Shown in pieces: positions 1 through 9,675 of a stretch of 64,000 nucleotides of DNA. Numbering within the stretch: the first letter of the stretch is position 1; each line of letters begins with the position of its first letter. Location of the stretch: sequence record PZ452594.1. One strand, written 5' to 3'. The position numbers and the translations under genes were made by a program. Source of the DNA: a phage. The notes beneath the pieces were generated by a model. That model was not told the DNA's origin and made no database searches. It worked only from the letters and a program-made list of their open reading frames with translations.

Positions 1-1825
1 TAGTTCCGCATACTTTATTCAGATATTCATTAATTTTACGAGCAATCCACTGAATACCGACTTGGCCGAAAATTGTGATAGCAGTAGCATTTCGCAGATC
101 ATAATAACGGAAATGAATATTACCAAGAGCACCATAAAGACTATTAATGAGAATTTTACGGTTCAGCTGATTTGTGTTAGCAAGTGTAGCTGCTTTTTCA
201 CATTCTTCAATCAAACTATTGAGAACAGATTCAGTATAATTCGATAGTTCATTTAAGAAATCATCACTGAACTTAACATATCGTTCAACTTCAGGTTTAG
301 TTGAACAAGACCCTGCGCCTTTCATAATAATCTTTTTAATAGCTTCGGCATTCATTTCTTCAGCGAACATTTTCTTTTTCCAATCTTTACGCTGGAAAAA
401 TACTTTAGCGATTTCCTTTGGAATGATACCTTCTTGATGCTTATCATACATCCATCCATTCGGAGAACAAGAATATTCATCACTCGGTTTAGGAGCTGTT
501 CCTGCGATATATTCATGAATTGGATGAACTTTAAACTGACCACGAATAGTTTCAGGACTAATGTTAACCTGACGAATAATGCTCGGATACAGAGACGTCA
601 AGTCAAAACTCATAATATATCGACGAGCAATTGGTTTAGGTTCAAATACAAATGCACCCGGAAAACTCTGTTTAACGTGCGAACCTTGTTGAGGAATAAC
701 CTTATGTTCACCTTTCAATGAGTTAAAAATAATAGCATCCCAAGTTTTAATAGGACTCATTACACCGGAAAAAGGCATTTTAGCGTAATAAGACATACTT
801 AAAACTAGATCGATAAACCCGCGAATTTTATCAATTGCTTGAACTGATTCTACGTCAATGATGTTATAACTAATGTATCGTTGATGATTAGTCTCACGAA
901 GTTTATTAATAGGACCGTCGTATGGTAATTTACCTTTTTTGGTTTCATGTTGAGCAACTGATTCCAAAGAGAATGACGGCAAATTAGTAAAAGCGAATTT
1001 CTTGTACAAATCTAAATAATCAAGAATAGATACGCCATCAATAGAATAAATTTCTTTGCTGCCGTACATATTTTGAATTAGTTTAGATTTTACTCGACCG
1101 ATTGGAGAGAAACGTTTCATACTGCGTTCGCCCAGAATCATTTTAACACGATTCATGATATACGGAACGTCAAACCCCTCAATATTCCAACCAGTAAAAA
1201 TAGCAGGTCGTTTCTGTTCCCAGAGATTAATATATTCCATGAGCATATCACGCTCATTATCAAATGGCATATAAATTACTCGGTCAAGAATTTCTTGAGG
1301 AACTTCATCACCACCTTCACAGTCAAGCTTAGCAGCTAACTTTGCATCCCATTTTGATACTGAACCGTACATTGAATTCAAAAGGTCGAAAACATAAAAA
1401 CGATCGTCAATTGAATCGTAATGAGTGATAGCATCAATTTCATATTCAGCTTTCATTGGGTCAGGAAATTTATCACCAGTAACCTCAATGTCGCAGTTAG
1501 CTACACGAACAAATTTTCGGTCATAAACAATTTCTGAACCATATGTATCACTGATATAAGCGAGTTTAAAATCGTTCATACCGAGAGCTTCGAGACCAAT
1601 GTCTTCCATTCGCTTCATCCAATCTCGAGCATCTTTCATTGATGGAAATTTTTGAGGAGCGCAGTTTTTACCATAGATGTCTTTGTATTTTGACTCTTCC
1701 TTACAATGCCTAAACATAGTTGGAAGATATTCTACTTCACGAGTACGTTCCTTTCCGTTTTCATCAATATAACGTTCAACAATGTTATTTCCGACTGTTT
1801 CAATAGAGATATAAAATTCTTTCAT
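1..1825 (-). CDS. 43: DNA polymerase gp43, N-terminal ~608 codons; 3' end beyond window start
   Basis: rc from 1825 reads ATG AAA GAA TTT TAT ATC TCT ATT GAA (MKEFYISIE), the T4 gp43 N-terminus; open at window edge so absent from ORF track. Confidence 0.9.
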   Translation of the reverse strand, partial: MKEFYISIETVGNNIVERYIDENGKERTREVEYLPTMFRHCKEESKYKDIYGKNCAPQKFPSMKDARDWMKRMEDIGLEALGMNDFKLAYISDTYGSEIVYDRKFVRVANCDIEVTGDKFPDPMKAEYEIDAITHYDSIDDRFYVFDLLNSMYGSVSKWDAKLAAKLDCEGGDEVPQEILDRVIYMPFDNERDMLMEYINLWEQKRPAIFTGWNIEGFDVPYIMNRVKMILGERSMKRFSPIGRVKSKLIQNMYGSKEIYSIDGVSILDYLDLYKKFAFTNLPSFSLESVAQHETKKGKLPYDGPINKLRETNHQRYISYNIIDVESVQAIDKIRGFIDLVLSMSYYAKMPFSGVMSPIKTWDAIIFNSLKGEHKVIPQQGSHVKQSFPGAFVFEPKPIARRYIMSFDLTSLYPSIIRQVNISPETIRGQFKVHPIHEYIAGTAPKPSDEYSCSPNGWMYDKHQEGIIPKEIAKVFFQRKDWKKKMFAEEMNAEAIKKIIMKGAGSCSTKPEVERYVKFSDDFLNELSNYTESVLNSLIEECEKAATLANTNQLNRKILINSLYGALGNIHFRYYDLRNATAITIFGQVGIQWIARKINEYLNKVCGT

Positions 1826-1862
1826 AGATATTCCTTAGTTTATAGCCCGAGTTATTAGGCTC
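1826..1862 (-). promoter_or_regulatory. gene 43 translational operator-like hairpin (5-bp stem, 8-nt loop) plus SD
   Basis: mRNA sense GAGCCUAAUAACUCGGGCUAUAAACUAAGGAAUAUCUAUG directly 5' of gene 43 start; stem AGCCU/GGGCU, loop AAUAACUC. Confidence 0.55.
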
Positions 1863-1885
1863 TTGATATATTATACTCCAAATAA

Positions 1886-1899
1886 GGGGCCGAAGCCCC
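1886..1899 (-). terminator. GGGGCUUCGGCCCC UUCG-tetraloop hairpin (terminator or RNA-stability element)
   Basis: plus ggggccgaagcccc; lies between upstream ORF stop and gene 43. Confidence 0.45.
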
Positions 1900-1905
1900 T
1901 TTGCT

Positions 1906-2142
1906 TTAAATTTCTATTGTACGACGCGATATAACGGACTTGCCATCTTTATTTGCGGTTTTGATAATCGCATGAAATGCGCGTTGGTGTGGGTAAACTA
2001 ATCGTTGGAATTCTTTTTGGAATTCTATTTGTTTATCTTCCGGGAGGTCAAAAACCAGTTGGGTAGAAGACAGACCATATGTTTGTTTTAGATTTTCAAA
2101 TATTAGAAAAGCTTCGGTAAACTGAATCTCTGATTGTGTCAT
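1906..2142 (-). CDS. hypothetical protein (78 aa) between regA and gene 43
   Basis: ORF track 1906..2193; internal ATG (MTQSEIQ) chosen to avoid overlap with regA. Confidence 0.4.
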   Translation of the reverse strand: MTQSEIQFTEAFLIFENLKQTYGLSSTQLVFDLPEDKQIEFQKEFQRLVYPHQRAFHAIIKTANKDGKSVISRRTIEI

Positions 2143-2152
2143 ATAATTTGCC

Positions 2153-2521
2153 TTAATTACCAATCGTATATTTAGGAACGAGTTTCCATTCATGTTTTTG
2201 TTTAAAAGAAATAACTCGGAAGTTATTAGTTAAATCTTTCATAAAAGTTCTTTGACCAGGAACGATTTCAATCAGTCCCCAATCTTCTAACAACCATGCA
2301 ATCGAATCACGACGAACTTCATCTTCTTCTGTCATTTCAACTTGACGACCATCCATACGAAGCATTTCTTTAAAATGAACGATATAGTATAGTCCTTTTT
2401 TCTGAAGAATATGACAGGACTGATACAGAACTTTATCTTTATTATTAGCAATTCCCATACGAGTCAAAGTTTCTTTTACTTTCAGAAAATCTTCAGGTTT
2501 TTTAAGAGTAATTTCAATCAT
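2153..2521 (-). CDS. regA: RegA translational repressor (122 aa)
   Basis: MIEITLKKPEDFLKVKETLTRMGIANNKDKVLYQ... matches T4 RegA. Confidence 0.9.
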   Translation of the reverse strand: MIEITLKKPEDFLKVKETLTRMGIANNKDKVLYQSCHILQKKGLYYIVHFKEMLRMDGRQVEMTEEDEVRRDSIAWLLEDWGLIEIVPGQRTFMKDLTNNFRVISFKQKHEWKLVPKYTIGN

Positions 2522-2522
2522 T

Positions 2523-3086
2523 TTACCATTCCAATGCTAGTTTTTTGAGTTGTTTCTGTTCTTTTACGTTCTTAGTCACTTCTTTCAAAAAATCATCCGT
2601 GACTAAACCTTTTAGTTCTTTTAATACTAAAGGAAGTTTTCCATTTTTAGTAAGAATTGATTTATAGTTAATTGCATCATTTGTATTAACTTGATACCGC
2701 TTAGCAAGTAACTTAATAATCAATACTTCGGTGGAATCTTCAACCAGTTTTGCCCATTTACCATATCTTTTACCACGAGGAACAGCAGCCATCAGATAAT
2801 TAAAATGGGCTTCATCGCTTAATCCTGATCCAATTAAATTCATAGCATATACAGCTGGCATGCACTCTGGAAATTGTGATAATGCATTCTCAACCATGAA
2901 TTTTGAATAATCTTTTTGAACAATAGAGCATTTAGTTTTATTATTAATAGCTCCAATTATTTCAAAAAACTCATTTTCAGCTTTTTCTTTAAAAGAATCA
3001 GCAGCGGATTGGACAGCTGTCCAATCTTTTGAATACCAAGCAACTTGATGCTCGTTTAATTGAATATCATCTTGAAATAAGCTCAT
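2523..3086 (-). CDS. 62: clamp loader small subunit gp62 (187 aa)
   Basis: [22 protein letters not shown]...; size and position match T4 gp62. Confidence 0.9.
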   Translation of the reverse strand: MSLFQDDIQLNEHQVAWYSKDWTAVQSAADSFKEKAENEFFEIIGAINNKTKCSIVQKDYSKFMVENALSQFPECMPAVYAMNLIGSGLSDEAHFNYLMAAVPRGKRYGKWAKLVEDSTEVLIIKLLAKRYQVNTNDAINYKSILTKNGKLPLVLKELKGLVTDDFLKEVTKNVKEQKQLKKLALEW

Positions 3087-3087
3087 A

Positions 3088-4047
3088 TCACTTCCACTGC
3101 ATTTCGCACGCTAATTGAATGAAAAGATAAGCTAGATGCAATTCAGTATTAGCTGCAATACCATGATACTGATTATTTTCGCCGACAATTTCGTACATAC
3201 GAATAATACTCTGTGGAGTTACACGTGAATAAATTTCTTCGGCAAGTTTACCAACAAACCAAGAATAATCTGCTGCATATTTTGGTGCTAAAGCTCTGAG
3301 TTGTTTAACATCTTTATTTTTGAGAGACTCAAGAACATCATCAATAGCACCACGATCGTTAGTAACCAGTGATAAAATACCAGCATCCAAAACACCTTTA
3401 GATGAATAACTATCGAGCTCGCCAATAGTTTTACGAAAATCAGGAAAATTCTTTTTAACCAAAGCTGCTACAACTTTCATATCAGCTATAGCAATTCCTT
3501 CATGCTTGCAGATTTCAGTCAATCGACGAATCATCTGCTTCATCATTTCAATTTTATCTTCATCGGTCGGTTGACCGAATGTAATAACTCGGCAGCGTGA
3601 CTGAAGCGGTTTAATAATACCATCAATATTGTTAGCAGTAATAATAATACTACAGTTTGAACTATAAGCTTCCATAAAGGAACGAAGATGTCGCTGAGAC
3701 TCTGCTAGCCCTGAACGGTCAAATTCATCAATAACGATTACTTTTTGACGACCATCAAATGAAGCTGCACTGGCAAAATTAGTCAAAGGACCGCGAACGA
3801 AATCAATTTTACAATCTGATCCATTCACAAACATCATATCAGCATTTACATCATGACACAATGCTTTTGCTACAGTTGTTTTACCTGTTCCTGGAGAAGG
3901 AGAATGAAGAATAATATGTGGAATCTTACCTTTACTTGTAATAGATTTAAAGGTTTCTTTATCAAAGGCGGGAAGAATACATTCATCGATAGTAGATGGA
4001 CGATATTTCTGTTCAAGAATGTGTTCTTTTTCATTTACGGTAATCAT
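3088..4047 (-). CDS. 44: clamp loader ATPase gp44 (319 aa)
   Basis: Walker A GTGKTT; track start at 4062 is TTG; ATG at 4045-4047 preceded by GAGGAA gives MITVNEKEH. Confidence 0.9.
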
Positions 4048-4082
4048 AATTTCCTCATTCAAGTTTTAGTGTAAATTATAAA

Positions 4083-4094
4083 GGGCCGAAGCCC
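4083..4094 (-). terminator. GGGCUUCGGCCC hairpin between genes 45 and 44
   Basis: plus gggccgaagccc. Confidence 0.4.
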
Positions 4095-4098
4095 TCTA

Positions 4099-4785
4099 TT
4101 AAAAATCGTGGGTAGAATCAGCTTCAAGAGCTACTACATAATTCGCGTGTTCACCTTCAAATTTAGCAGCACCTTGTTTACCTTTTGCCCAGAGCAGAAG
4201 TTTATAATTTCCTGGTTGCATTTTCATATTTGCCATATTGATAATGAAATTAAATGTATTTTCACCATCATAATCACCAAGAGTCAAAGAATATTTAACA
4301 CGGGTCAAAGCAGAATCTTCCACTTTATTAAAACCGTTAATTACGATTTTACCTTCTTTTACTGTGATAGCAATTGTATCAATCTGCAGACCGCGAGATA
4401 CACGCAACAGCTGCTGAAGGTCTTCAGCTTTAATTTCAGTAACAACAGATGCTACCGGGAATGGAATTGGTTTATTAGGAGCAACTACTGTACTCGGATC
4501 GGCTGCTGGCCAAAAAATTGTTGAACGAGCATCAGCAATTTTAATATTTCCATCTTCTGACTGGGAAATTTCTGCATCATCATTAACTAGGGACAGAATA
4601 CCGAGAAAACCGTTCAAATCGTAAATCGCTACATCAAAATCAATAGTGTCAGAAATATTTGCTTCTGCATAAGTTGTACCATTAACTGCGCGAGTCATAA
4701 TAAATTGACCGGATTTAAGCATAATACCAGAGTTAATAGTAGCGAAATTTTTAAGCAGAGCAGTAGTATCTTTAGACAGTTTCAT
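4099..4785 (-). CDS. 45: sliding clamp gp45 (228 aa)
   Basis: MKLSKDTTALLKNFATINSGIMLKSGQFIMTRAVNG... matches T4 gp45. Confidence 0.9.
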   Translation of the reverse strand: MKLSKDTTALLKNFATINSGIMLKSGQFIMTRAVNGTTYAEANISDTIDFDVAIYDLNGFLGILSLVNDDAEISQSEDGNIKIADARSTIFWPAADPSTVVAPNKPIPFPVASVVTEIKAEDLQQLLRVSRGLQIDTIAITVKEGKIVINGFNKVEDSALTRVKYSLTLGDYDGENTFNFIINMANMKMQPGNYKLLLWAKGKQGAAKFEGEHANYVVALEADSTHDF

Positions 4786-4840
4786 GTAATTTCCTTCAAT
4801 TCAAATGAGATTTAATTTTATAACTAATTTAATAAAGCAA

Positions 4841-5230
4841 TTAACGATTAAAATCAGCCGCAATTGTTTCCGCAACAATTTGAGCAGCAACAATTAGACG
4901 TTCATCTGCATTACCGCAATAATCATCTTCAAGGCGTTCACCGCATGAAGTCATAATAAATTTAGCACCGGCGTTTAGAGATTCTGTAGTATGTTTGCGC
5001 ATTAGTTCAATCCATTTATTACTTACTTCACGATCGATAGCTTCATAATACGCATGACGAGCAGGTGCAGATTTAATTTTATTCTGAATAACTTCCATTG
5101 CGTTATCAGAAAGAGACAAAACCCATGCTCGACGAATTTTATTTTGGTTTTGTGGATTTGATTCAGAACGCACGTGTTTTGGCTGAATATCTTTTACGTC
5201 AACAGTATAATTCACAGTAATTTTAGTCAT
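4841..5230 (-). CDS. rpbA: RNA polymerase binding protein RpbA (129 aa)
   Basis: [31 protein letters not shown]...; size and position as T4 rpbA. Confidence 0.8.
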
Positions 5231-5239
5231 AATACACCT

Positions 5240-5428
5240 TTAGTCATAATAATCAGTAACAGTCCAAGCTTCATTTCTATTGGACATTATTTTTGTATAT
5301 TCTGCTTTAAATGCATTCCTAAGCATAGATTCAGTAACTATATGCTCTTCATTAGAAAAATTATTTCTCAGAATATATCGTTTTATTTCAGGAATAGTTA
5401 ATAGATGCTGTCCAGTTGAATATTCCAT
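5240..5428 (-). CDS. hypothetical protein (62 aa)
   Basis: ORF track; ATG at 5426-5428. Confidence 0.45.
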   Translation of the reverse strand: MEYSTGQHLLTIPEIKRYILRNNFSNEEHIVTESMLRNAFKAEYTKIMSNRNEAWTVTDYYD

Positions 5429-5441
5429 GTTTTTCCTCCAT

Positions 5442-5477
5442 AGAGATTATACTCTAATAAATTAAAGCATAATCTCT
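5442..5477 (-). repeat. inverted repeat agagattat/ataatctct (9-bp stem, 18-nt loop)
   Basis: seen directly between 5428 and gene 46 stop. Confidence 0.4.
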
Positions 5478-5483
5478 TATAAA

Positions 5484-7166
5484 TTAAACCATTACAGTAA
5501 ATCGACCAACTTTCTTCATTTGAAGATGCTGACCATATTCTTGCGGGTCATGGTCTTTATGTGAAATTATAAAAACATTAGTGTTTTTCATTGAATTTAT
5601 AATATTAGCTACACCTTTAATACCTTCGGCATCAAATGACCCATCAAACACTTCATCGAGTATTAATGTACTAATACTAACACCAGATACAATAGAAGCA
5701 ATATCACGCCAAGTAAATAAAAGAGCAATATCAATTCGTGCCTTTTCACCTTCACTAAATGAAGCATAACTAAAATCTTCACGACCACGGGATTTAATTG
5801 TCTCATTAAATTCTTCATCTAATGTAAACACATAATCCGCTTCCATTATTTTAAGATAATGGTTAATCTGCTTATTAAATAATGGAATGTACTTTTTAAT
5901 AATAGCACCTTTAATACCAGAATCTTTGAGCATATCAGTCAAAATTCCTCGGTGGTATTTTTCCATTACTAAATTAGTTTTTGTCTTAACAATTTTATCA
6001 AGTTCTTCTTGAAGCAGTGCTATTTCATCGGCATGGTCAATAAACTCAGATGATGCTTTTTCTATAGCCGCTTTAACCTTTTTAGCTTTATCTACCGTCG
6101 TGATTAGAGATTGCTTTTTATTGCGAATATCATTTGCCAACGACTGTTGGGTTTTAATATTATCTCGGTATTCATCAACAAGAACTTTTAAATTATCACG
6201 ATGTGTTGAAAGCTGTTCAAATGAATGTGTGCATTCAGAAACTTTATCTTTAATTTTAGAAACAACTTTATCACCGGAACTTAATTGTGACAAACAGGTT
6301 GGGCATAATCCACCTTCGTGATACATATTAATGACTTTATTATACGAGTCAATTTTTGATTTAATTAAAACTGCTTCTTGACCGATTTTATTAAATGCAT
6401 CAGTCGGATCTTCGTCTAAAACAATATTAACTAATCTTTCATTAGCTTCTTCTATTTCCGATTTTAGCGTTCTAGCTTCTTTTGCCAAATCATCATACAT
6501 ATTCTGCAAACGAGTAAGATTGTCACCCGTTAATTTTTTCTGGCGTTCAACGTTATCATTATATATTTTAATTTGTTGGATAATACTATCTTTTTTAACA
6601 TCAAGCACTTGGTTTTGTGAATTTAATTCACGTATTAGTGCTTTATTAAGCTTATCCATTTCAGCTAATGTTCCTACCTCGAGCAGGTCTTCCACAAGCT
6701 TTCTTCGCGCAGGGGTCGACAAACCCATGAAAGGGGTATACCCTGCTGTACCAAGGACAACAATCTGCTTGAAACTGGCATATGACATTCCGATAAGCTG
6801 TTCAAATTCTGCTTGGAAATCTTTACTGCTGGCAGATTCATTAAGACGTGTACCGTTAACGGTGATTTCGAAAACGTTTGGTTTTTGTCCTCTTTTGATA
6901 TAGTACTTTTTCTCATCATATTCCATCCACAGTTCAACTAAAAGTTCTTTCTTATTTGTGCTGTTTATTAATTGACCTTTCTTTACATCACGAAATGGCT
7001 TACCAAAAAGCCCAAATGTGATGGCTTCTAACATAGTAGACTTACCACCGCCATTTCGTCCAGTAATAAGAGTTTTTTGAACCTTATCTAATTGAATGTC
7101 AACTCCATTTTGACCAACTGACATTATATTTTTATATTTTACTCTATTAAGTTTAAATGATTTCAT
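5484..7166 (-). CDS. 46: recombination endonuclease subunit gp46 (SbcC/Rad50-like, 560 aa)
   Basis: N-terminal Walker A GRNGGGKST, long coiled coil, C-terminal signature region. Confidence 0.9.
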   Translation of the reverse strand: MKSFKLNRVKYKNIMSVGQNGVDIQLDKVQKTLITGRNGGGKSTMLEAITFGLFGKPFRDVKKGQLINSTNKKELLVELWMEYDEKKYYIKRGQKPNVFEITVNGTRLNESASSKDFQAEFEQLIGMSYASFKQIVVLGTAGYTPFMGLSTPARRKLVEDLLEVGTLAEMDKLNKALIRELNSQNQVLDVKKDSIIQQIKIYNDNVERQKKLTGDNLTRLQNMYDDLAKEARTLKSEIEEANERLVNIVLDEDPTDAFNKIGQEAVLIKSKIDSYNKVINMYHEGGLCPTCLSQLSSGDKVVSKIKDKVSECTHSFEQLSTHRDNLKVLVDEYRDNIKTQQSLANDIRNKKQSLITTVDKAKKVKAAIEKASSEFIDHADEIALLQEELDKIVKTKTNLVMEKYHRGILTDMLKDSGIKGAIIKKYIPLFNKQINHYLKIMEADYVFTLDEEFNETIKSRGREDFSYASFSEGEKARIDIALLFTWRDIASIVSGVSISTLILDEVFDGSFDAEGIKGVANIINSMKNTNVFIISHKDHDPQEYGQHLQMKKVGRFTVMV

Positions 7167-7181
7167 TTTGTATCCAATTGT

Positions 7182-8036
7182 TCACAATGAAGAAAATTCT
7201 TTAACTAAAGCCTGTAATGAAGCCTCTATTGGATATCCATTCTTAACTAACATTTTCCTAAACATTACATGTTTAGGACGATTATATGATATCCACAATT
7301 CATACAATTTATCTTTATTATCCCAATGATAGCCTTTTCGTCGAGATGCTATATGAGCTTTTCTAATCTCCGGATTTTTCCAACTAGCAGCTACTGAATT
7401 TGATATAGCTATTTTATATTCAGGTTTTGATAAAGCAGCACGAACAGCCTTTTGGTGTTTAATTTTATTTTCTTCGTTATTAAACCATTCCCTTGAAGCC
7501 ATTGAAATTTTTTGTTTTGTTTTAAAATTATTTAATCTTTCTTTATTATCTTTCCTATTTTTTGCTACTGAAAAATATTTTAATGCCCTTTCTCTAGCAG
7601 CATTTCTATTTTGCGGATTTGAATAATACTGTTGAAGCCTTTTTGATATTGTGTCACTTACATCTTGTTTTATAAAACTATATTCAGCAGCTATTAAATC
7701 AACTTCGGCTAAAGATAAATTTTTATATGTTTTTCCTGACATCATTCTATTTAAAGCATTTAACATTTTTCCATTTTTACCTTTTGCTAATAAGAAGTGT
7801 GCTTTAAAATGATTAAAATGACTTAAATTAACTAAATTCCATGTAGATTTTAAATATTCAGGAAATATTGATTTAGGAAGCACGTGGTGTGCTTCCGTTT
7901 TACCTGGAGTTTTAACAGTTGAATTCACAGAAATAAAATTAATGTAAGACTTGGCGTCTTCTTCACTCAACGCTAATTTTTCAACTAATTCCTTTATTAA
8001 AAATTCATCATTAATGTCAAGTTTAAAATTCTTCAC
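7182..8036 (-). CDS. HNH homing endonuclease-like protein (284 aa) with C-terminal DNA-binding repeats
   Basis: HNH motif EAHHVLPKS...NLVNLSHFNHFKAH; repeated SxxW.NPE.R.AH units; GTG start at 8034-8036. Confidence 0.6.
   Translation of the reverse strand: MKNFKLDINDEFLIKELVEKLALSEEDAKSYINFISVNSTVKTPGKTEAHHVLPKSIFPEYLKSTWNLVNLSHFNHFKAHFLLAKGKNGKMLNALNRMMSGKTYKNLSLAEVDLIAAEYSFIKQDVSDTISKRLQQYYSNPQNRNAARERALKYFSVAKNRKDNKERLNNFKTKQKISMASREWFNNEENKIKHQKAVRAALSKPEYKIAISNSVAASWKNPEIRKAHIASRRKGYHWDNKDKLYELWISYNRPKHVMFRKMLVKNGYPIEASLQALVKEFSSL
8003..8020. repeat. 18-nt direct repeat copy 1 (attcatcattaatgtcaa)
   Basis: identical copy at 8206-8223; both lie at the 5' ends of adjacent ORFs. Confidence 0.8.
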
Positions 8037-8248
8037 AAAAGATTCCTTTTAATGTATCTTTTAGACCATTCTATCATATCATCATAATCTAAAAAGTATT
8101 CATCAAATTCAGCCATGCAAACAACACCTTGTGCTGTTTTTGATGTAATATAAATTATTCCAACATATCTAGAATCTTCTTCGGTATAATCAATGTTTGC
8201 TATGAATTCATCATTAATGTCAAATGTCGAAAACTTCACAGTATGCAT
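8033..8248 (-). CDS. hypothetical protein (71 aa)
   Basis: ATG at 8246-8248 (MHTVKFSTFDINDEF); N-terminus resembles that of the HNH ORF. Confidence 0.4.
   Translation of the reverse strand: MHTVKFSTFDINDEFIANIDYTEEDSRYVGIIYITSKTAQGVVCMAEFDEYFLDYDDMIEWSKRYIKRNLL
8206..8223. repeat. 18-nt direct repeat copy 2
   Basis: identical to 8003-8020. Confidence 0.8.
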
Positions 8249-8483
8249 CCTTAATACAAGATACAGCCATATCTCGTAATGATTTAGGTGTGTCATTATC
8301 TAAAATGTTGAAGTTAAAAGATACAGCCCAGTCAGTGCAGACCGTGACCTTTTTAATACAATTATCTTCAACCTCTAACGGTTCAAACCAATATTCAATA
8401 ATTTCTTTATGCCCAATATCATCTTTTACTTCGCATTCAAAATGCTGACTCATCATAACATTTTTAAATTCATCAAAAGTCAT
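8220..8483 (-). CDS. hypothetical protein (87 aa)
   Basis: ORF track. Confidence 0.45.
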   Translation of the reverse strand: MTFDEFKNVMMSQHFECEVKDDIGHKEIIEYWFEPLEVEDNCIKKVTVCTDWAVSFNFNILDNDTPKSLRDMAVSCIKDAYCEVFDI

Positions 8484-9499
8484 TGTGTTGCCTCTACATA
8501 TAACTGATTTGCATATTGAATAAGTGCTTCACGGTCAGAATCAGTGATGTCTGGAATTGCATTAATGTATTCTTCCATCAACGTCTGAAGCGATTGAACT
8601 TCAACTTCTTCACTGTCATCTGACTCGACAGAGTTATCAATCTTTGACACAACTCGTAACGAATGCACAACTTTTTCTAGTTCAGATTCGAACTTCGTCA
8701 GATTTTTGTCTACTTCAGTTACTATAACACGTACTGATAGATTTGTAAAATCTTTATAGTCAATTTTTCCTTTAAATGGATAATGAATTCTACGGTGCCA
8801 GGTAGTGTTGTTTGGAATAAATTCCATTCGTTCTGTTTCTGTATCAAACATCCAGAACCCGCGAGGGTCATTCTCGTCACCTGCTGTTAGTGTCCATGGT
8901 GTCCCAATATATCTGACGTTTGCAGCCTCAGAAATAGTATGGAAGTGACCAGACCACACTTCTTTATAAGTCTTAAGGAAATCAGGTTCAAGACCGTGAG
9001 ATTTCATTCCTTTATAAAAATAAAATCCATTCAGTTCCCAGTGACCAACACAAAAAGAAGCAGATGAAGTTTTGATGTGTTCAAGAATTTCACCAGTATT
9101 TTCTTCGCACATCCAAGGAATTAAATCAATCAAACATCCGTCAAAATCTACTGTAGTAGGCTTATCATATACTTTAACATTGGGATATTTAGCCAAAAGC
9201 TCAGTAGAGGCATTTGGAGTTAAAGTATTTTTAAAGTGCATATCATGGTTTCCTACAACAGTATGTAGGGTAATACCAGCATCATCAAGCATTTGAACTA
9301 TTTCACGAGCAAACTCCATAGTTTTATGCGTGATTGCTTTTCGCACATCAAAAATATCGCCGTATTGAATCCAGGTAGTAATTCCATTTTTCTTAGAATA
9401 TTCTATTGCTTGTTTAATTCCATCCAACTGAATAGATTGAACCCACTCATCATCGGCTTTAACGCCTAAATGCCAATCACCTAAATTTAAAATTTTCAT
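8480..9499 (-). CDS. 47: recombination endonuclease subunit gp47 (Mre11-like phosphoesterase, 339 aa)
   Basis: MKILNLGDWHLG...GNHD... calcineurin-like motifs. Confidence 0.9.
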   Translation of the reverse strand: MKILNLGDWHLGVKADDEWVQSIQLDGIKQAIEYSKKNGITTWIQYGDIFDVRKAITHKTMEFAREIVQMLDDAGITLHTVVGNHDMHFKNTLTPNASTELLAKYPNVKVYDKPTTVDFDGCLIDLIPWMCEENTGEILEHIKTSSASFCVGHWELNGFYFYKGMKSHGLEPDFLKTYKEVWSGHFHTISEAANVRYIGTPWTLTAGDENDPRGFWMFDTETERMEFIPNNTTWHRRIHYPFKGKIDYKDFTNLSVRVIVTEVDKNLTKFESELEKVVHSLRVVSKIDNSVESDDSEEVEVQSLQTLMEEYINAIPDITDSDREALIQYANQLYVEATQ

Positions 9500-9636
9500 A
9501 TATCAAGAACCGTCATTGAAATGCAAAATAAAATTATTGAAATAAATCCATCTGGAGTGCTAAAGAACCCAATCCAACATGCTCTAGTGAATAGATAAAA
9601 TGCAAGAAAAAGTATCACATATCCAAGAAATATCAT
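9496..9636 (-). CDS. small hydrophobic peptide (46 aa), stop overlaps gene 47 start (ATATGA)
   Basis: ATG at 9634-9636 after GGAG; MIFLGYVILFLAFYLF...; below ORF-track size cutoff. Confidence 0.3.
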   Translation of the reverse strand: MIFLGYVILFLAFYLFTRACWIGFFSTPDGFISIILFCISMTVLDI

Positions 9637-9662
9637 TATATCAAACTCCGTATAAAGCTAAA

Positions 9663-9674
9663 GGGCCGAAGCCC
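9663..9674 (-). terminator. GGGCUUCGGCCC hairpin just 3' of a-gt
   Basis: plus gggccgaagccc abutting a-gt stop. Confidence 0.45.
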
Positions 9675-9675
9675 T

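Noticed and set aside
62-721. Plus-strand ORFs 62..247 and 434..721 (and the minus ORF 352..543)
   Set aside because: They lie inside gene 43 on the opposite strand or in another frame; gene 43 is unambiguous, so these are frame artefacts.
3853-6937. Plus-strand and alternative-frame ORFs overlapping genes 44, 45, rpbA and 46 (3853..4074, 4108..4524, 5174..5401, 5280..5465, 5581..5769, 6100..6321, 6520..6903, 6674..6937)
   Set aside because: Embedded antisense or out of frame within well-supported genes; low-complexity translations.
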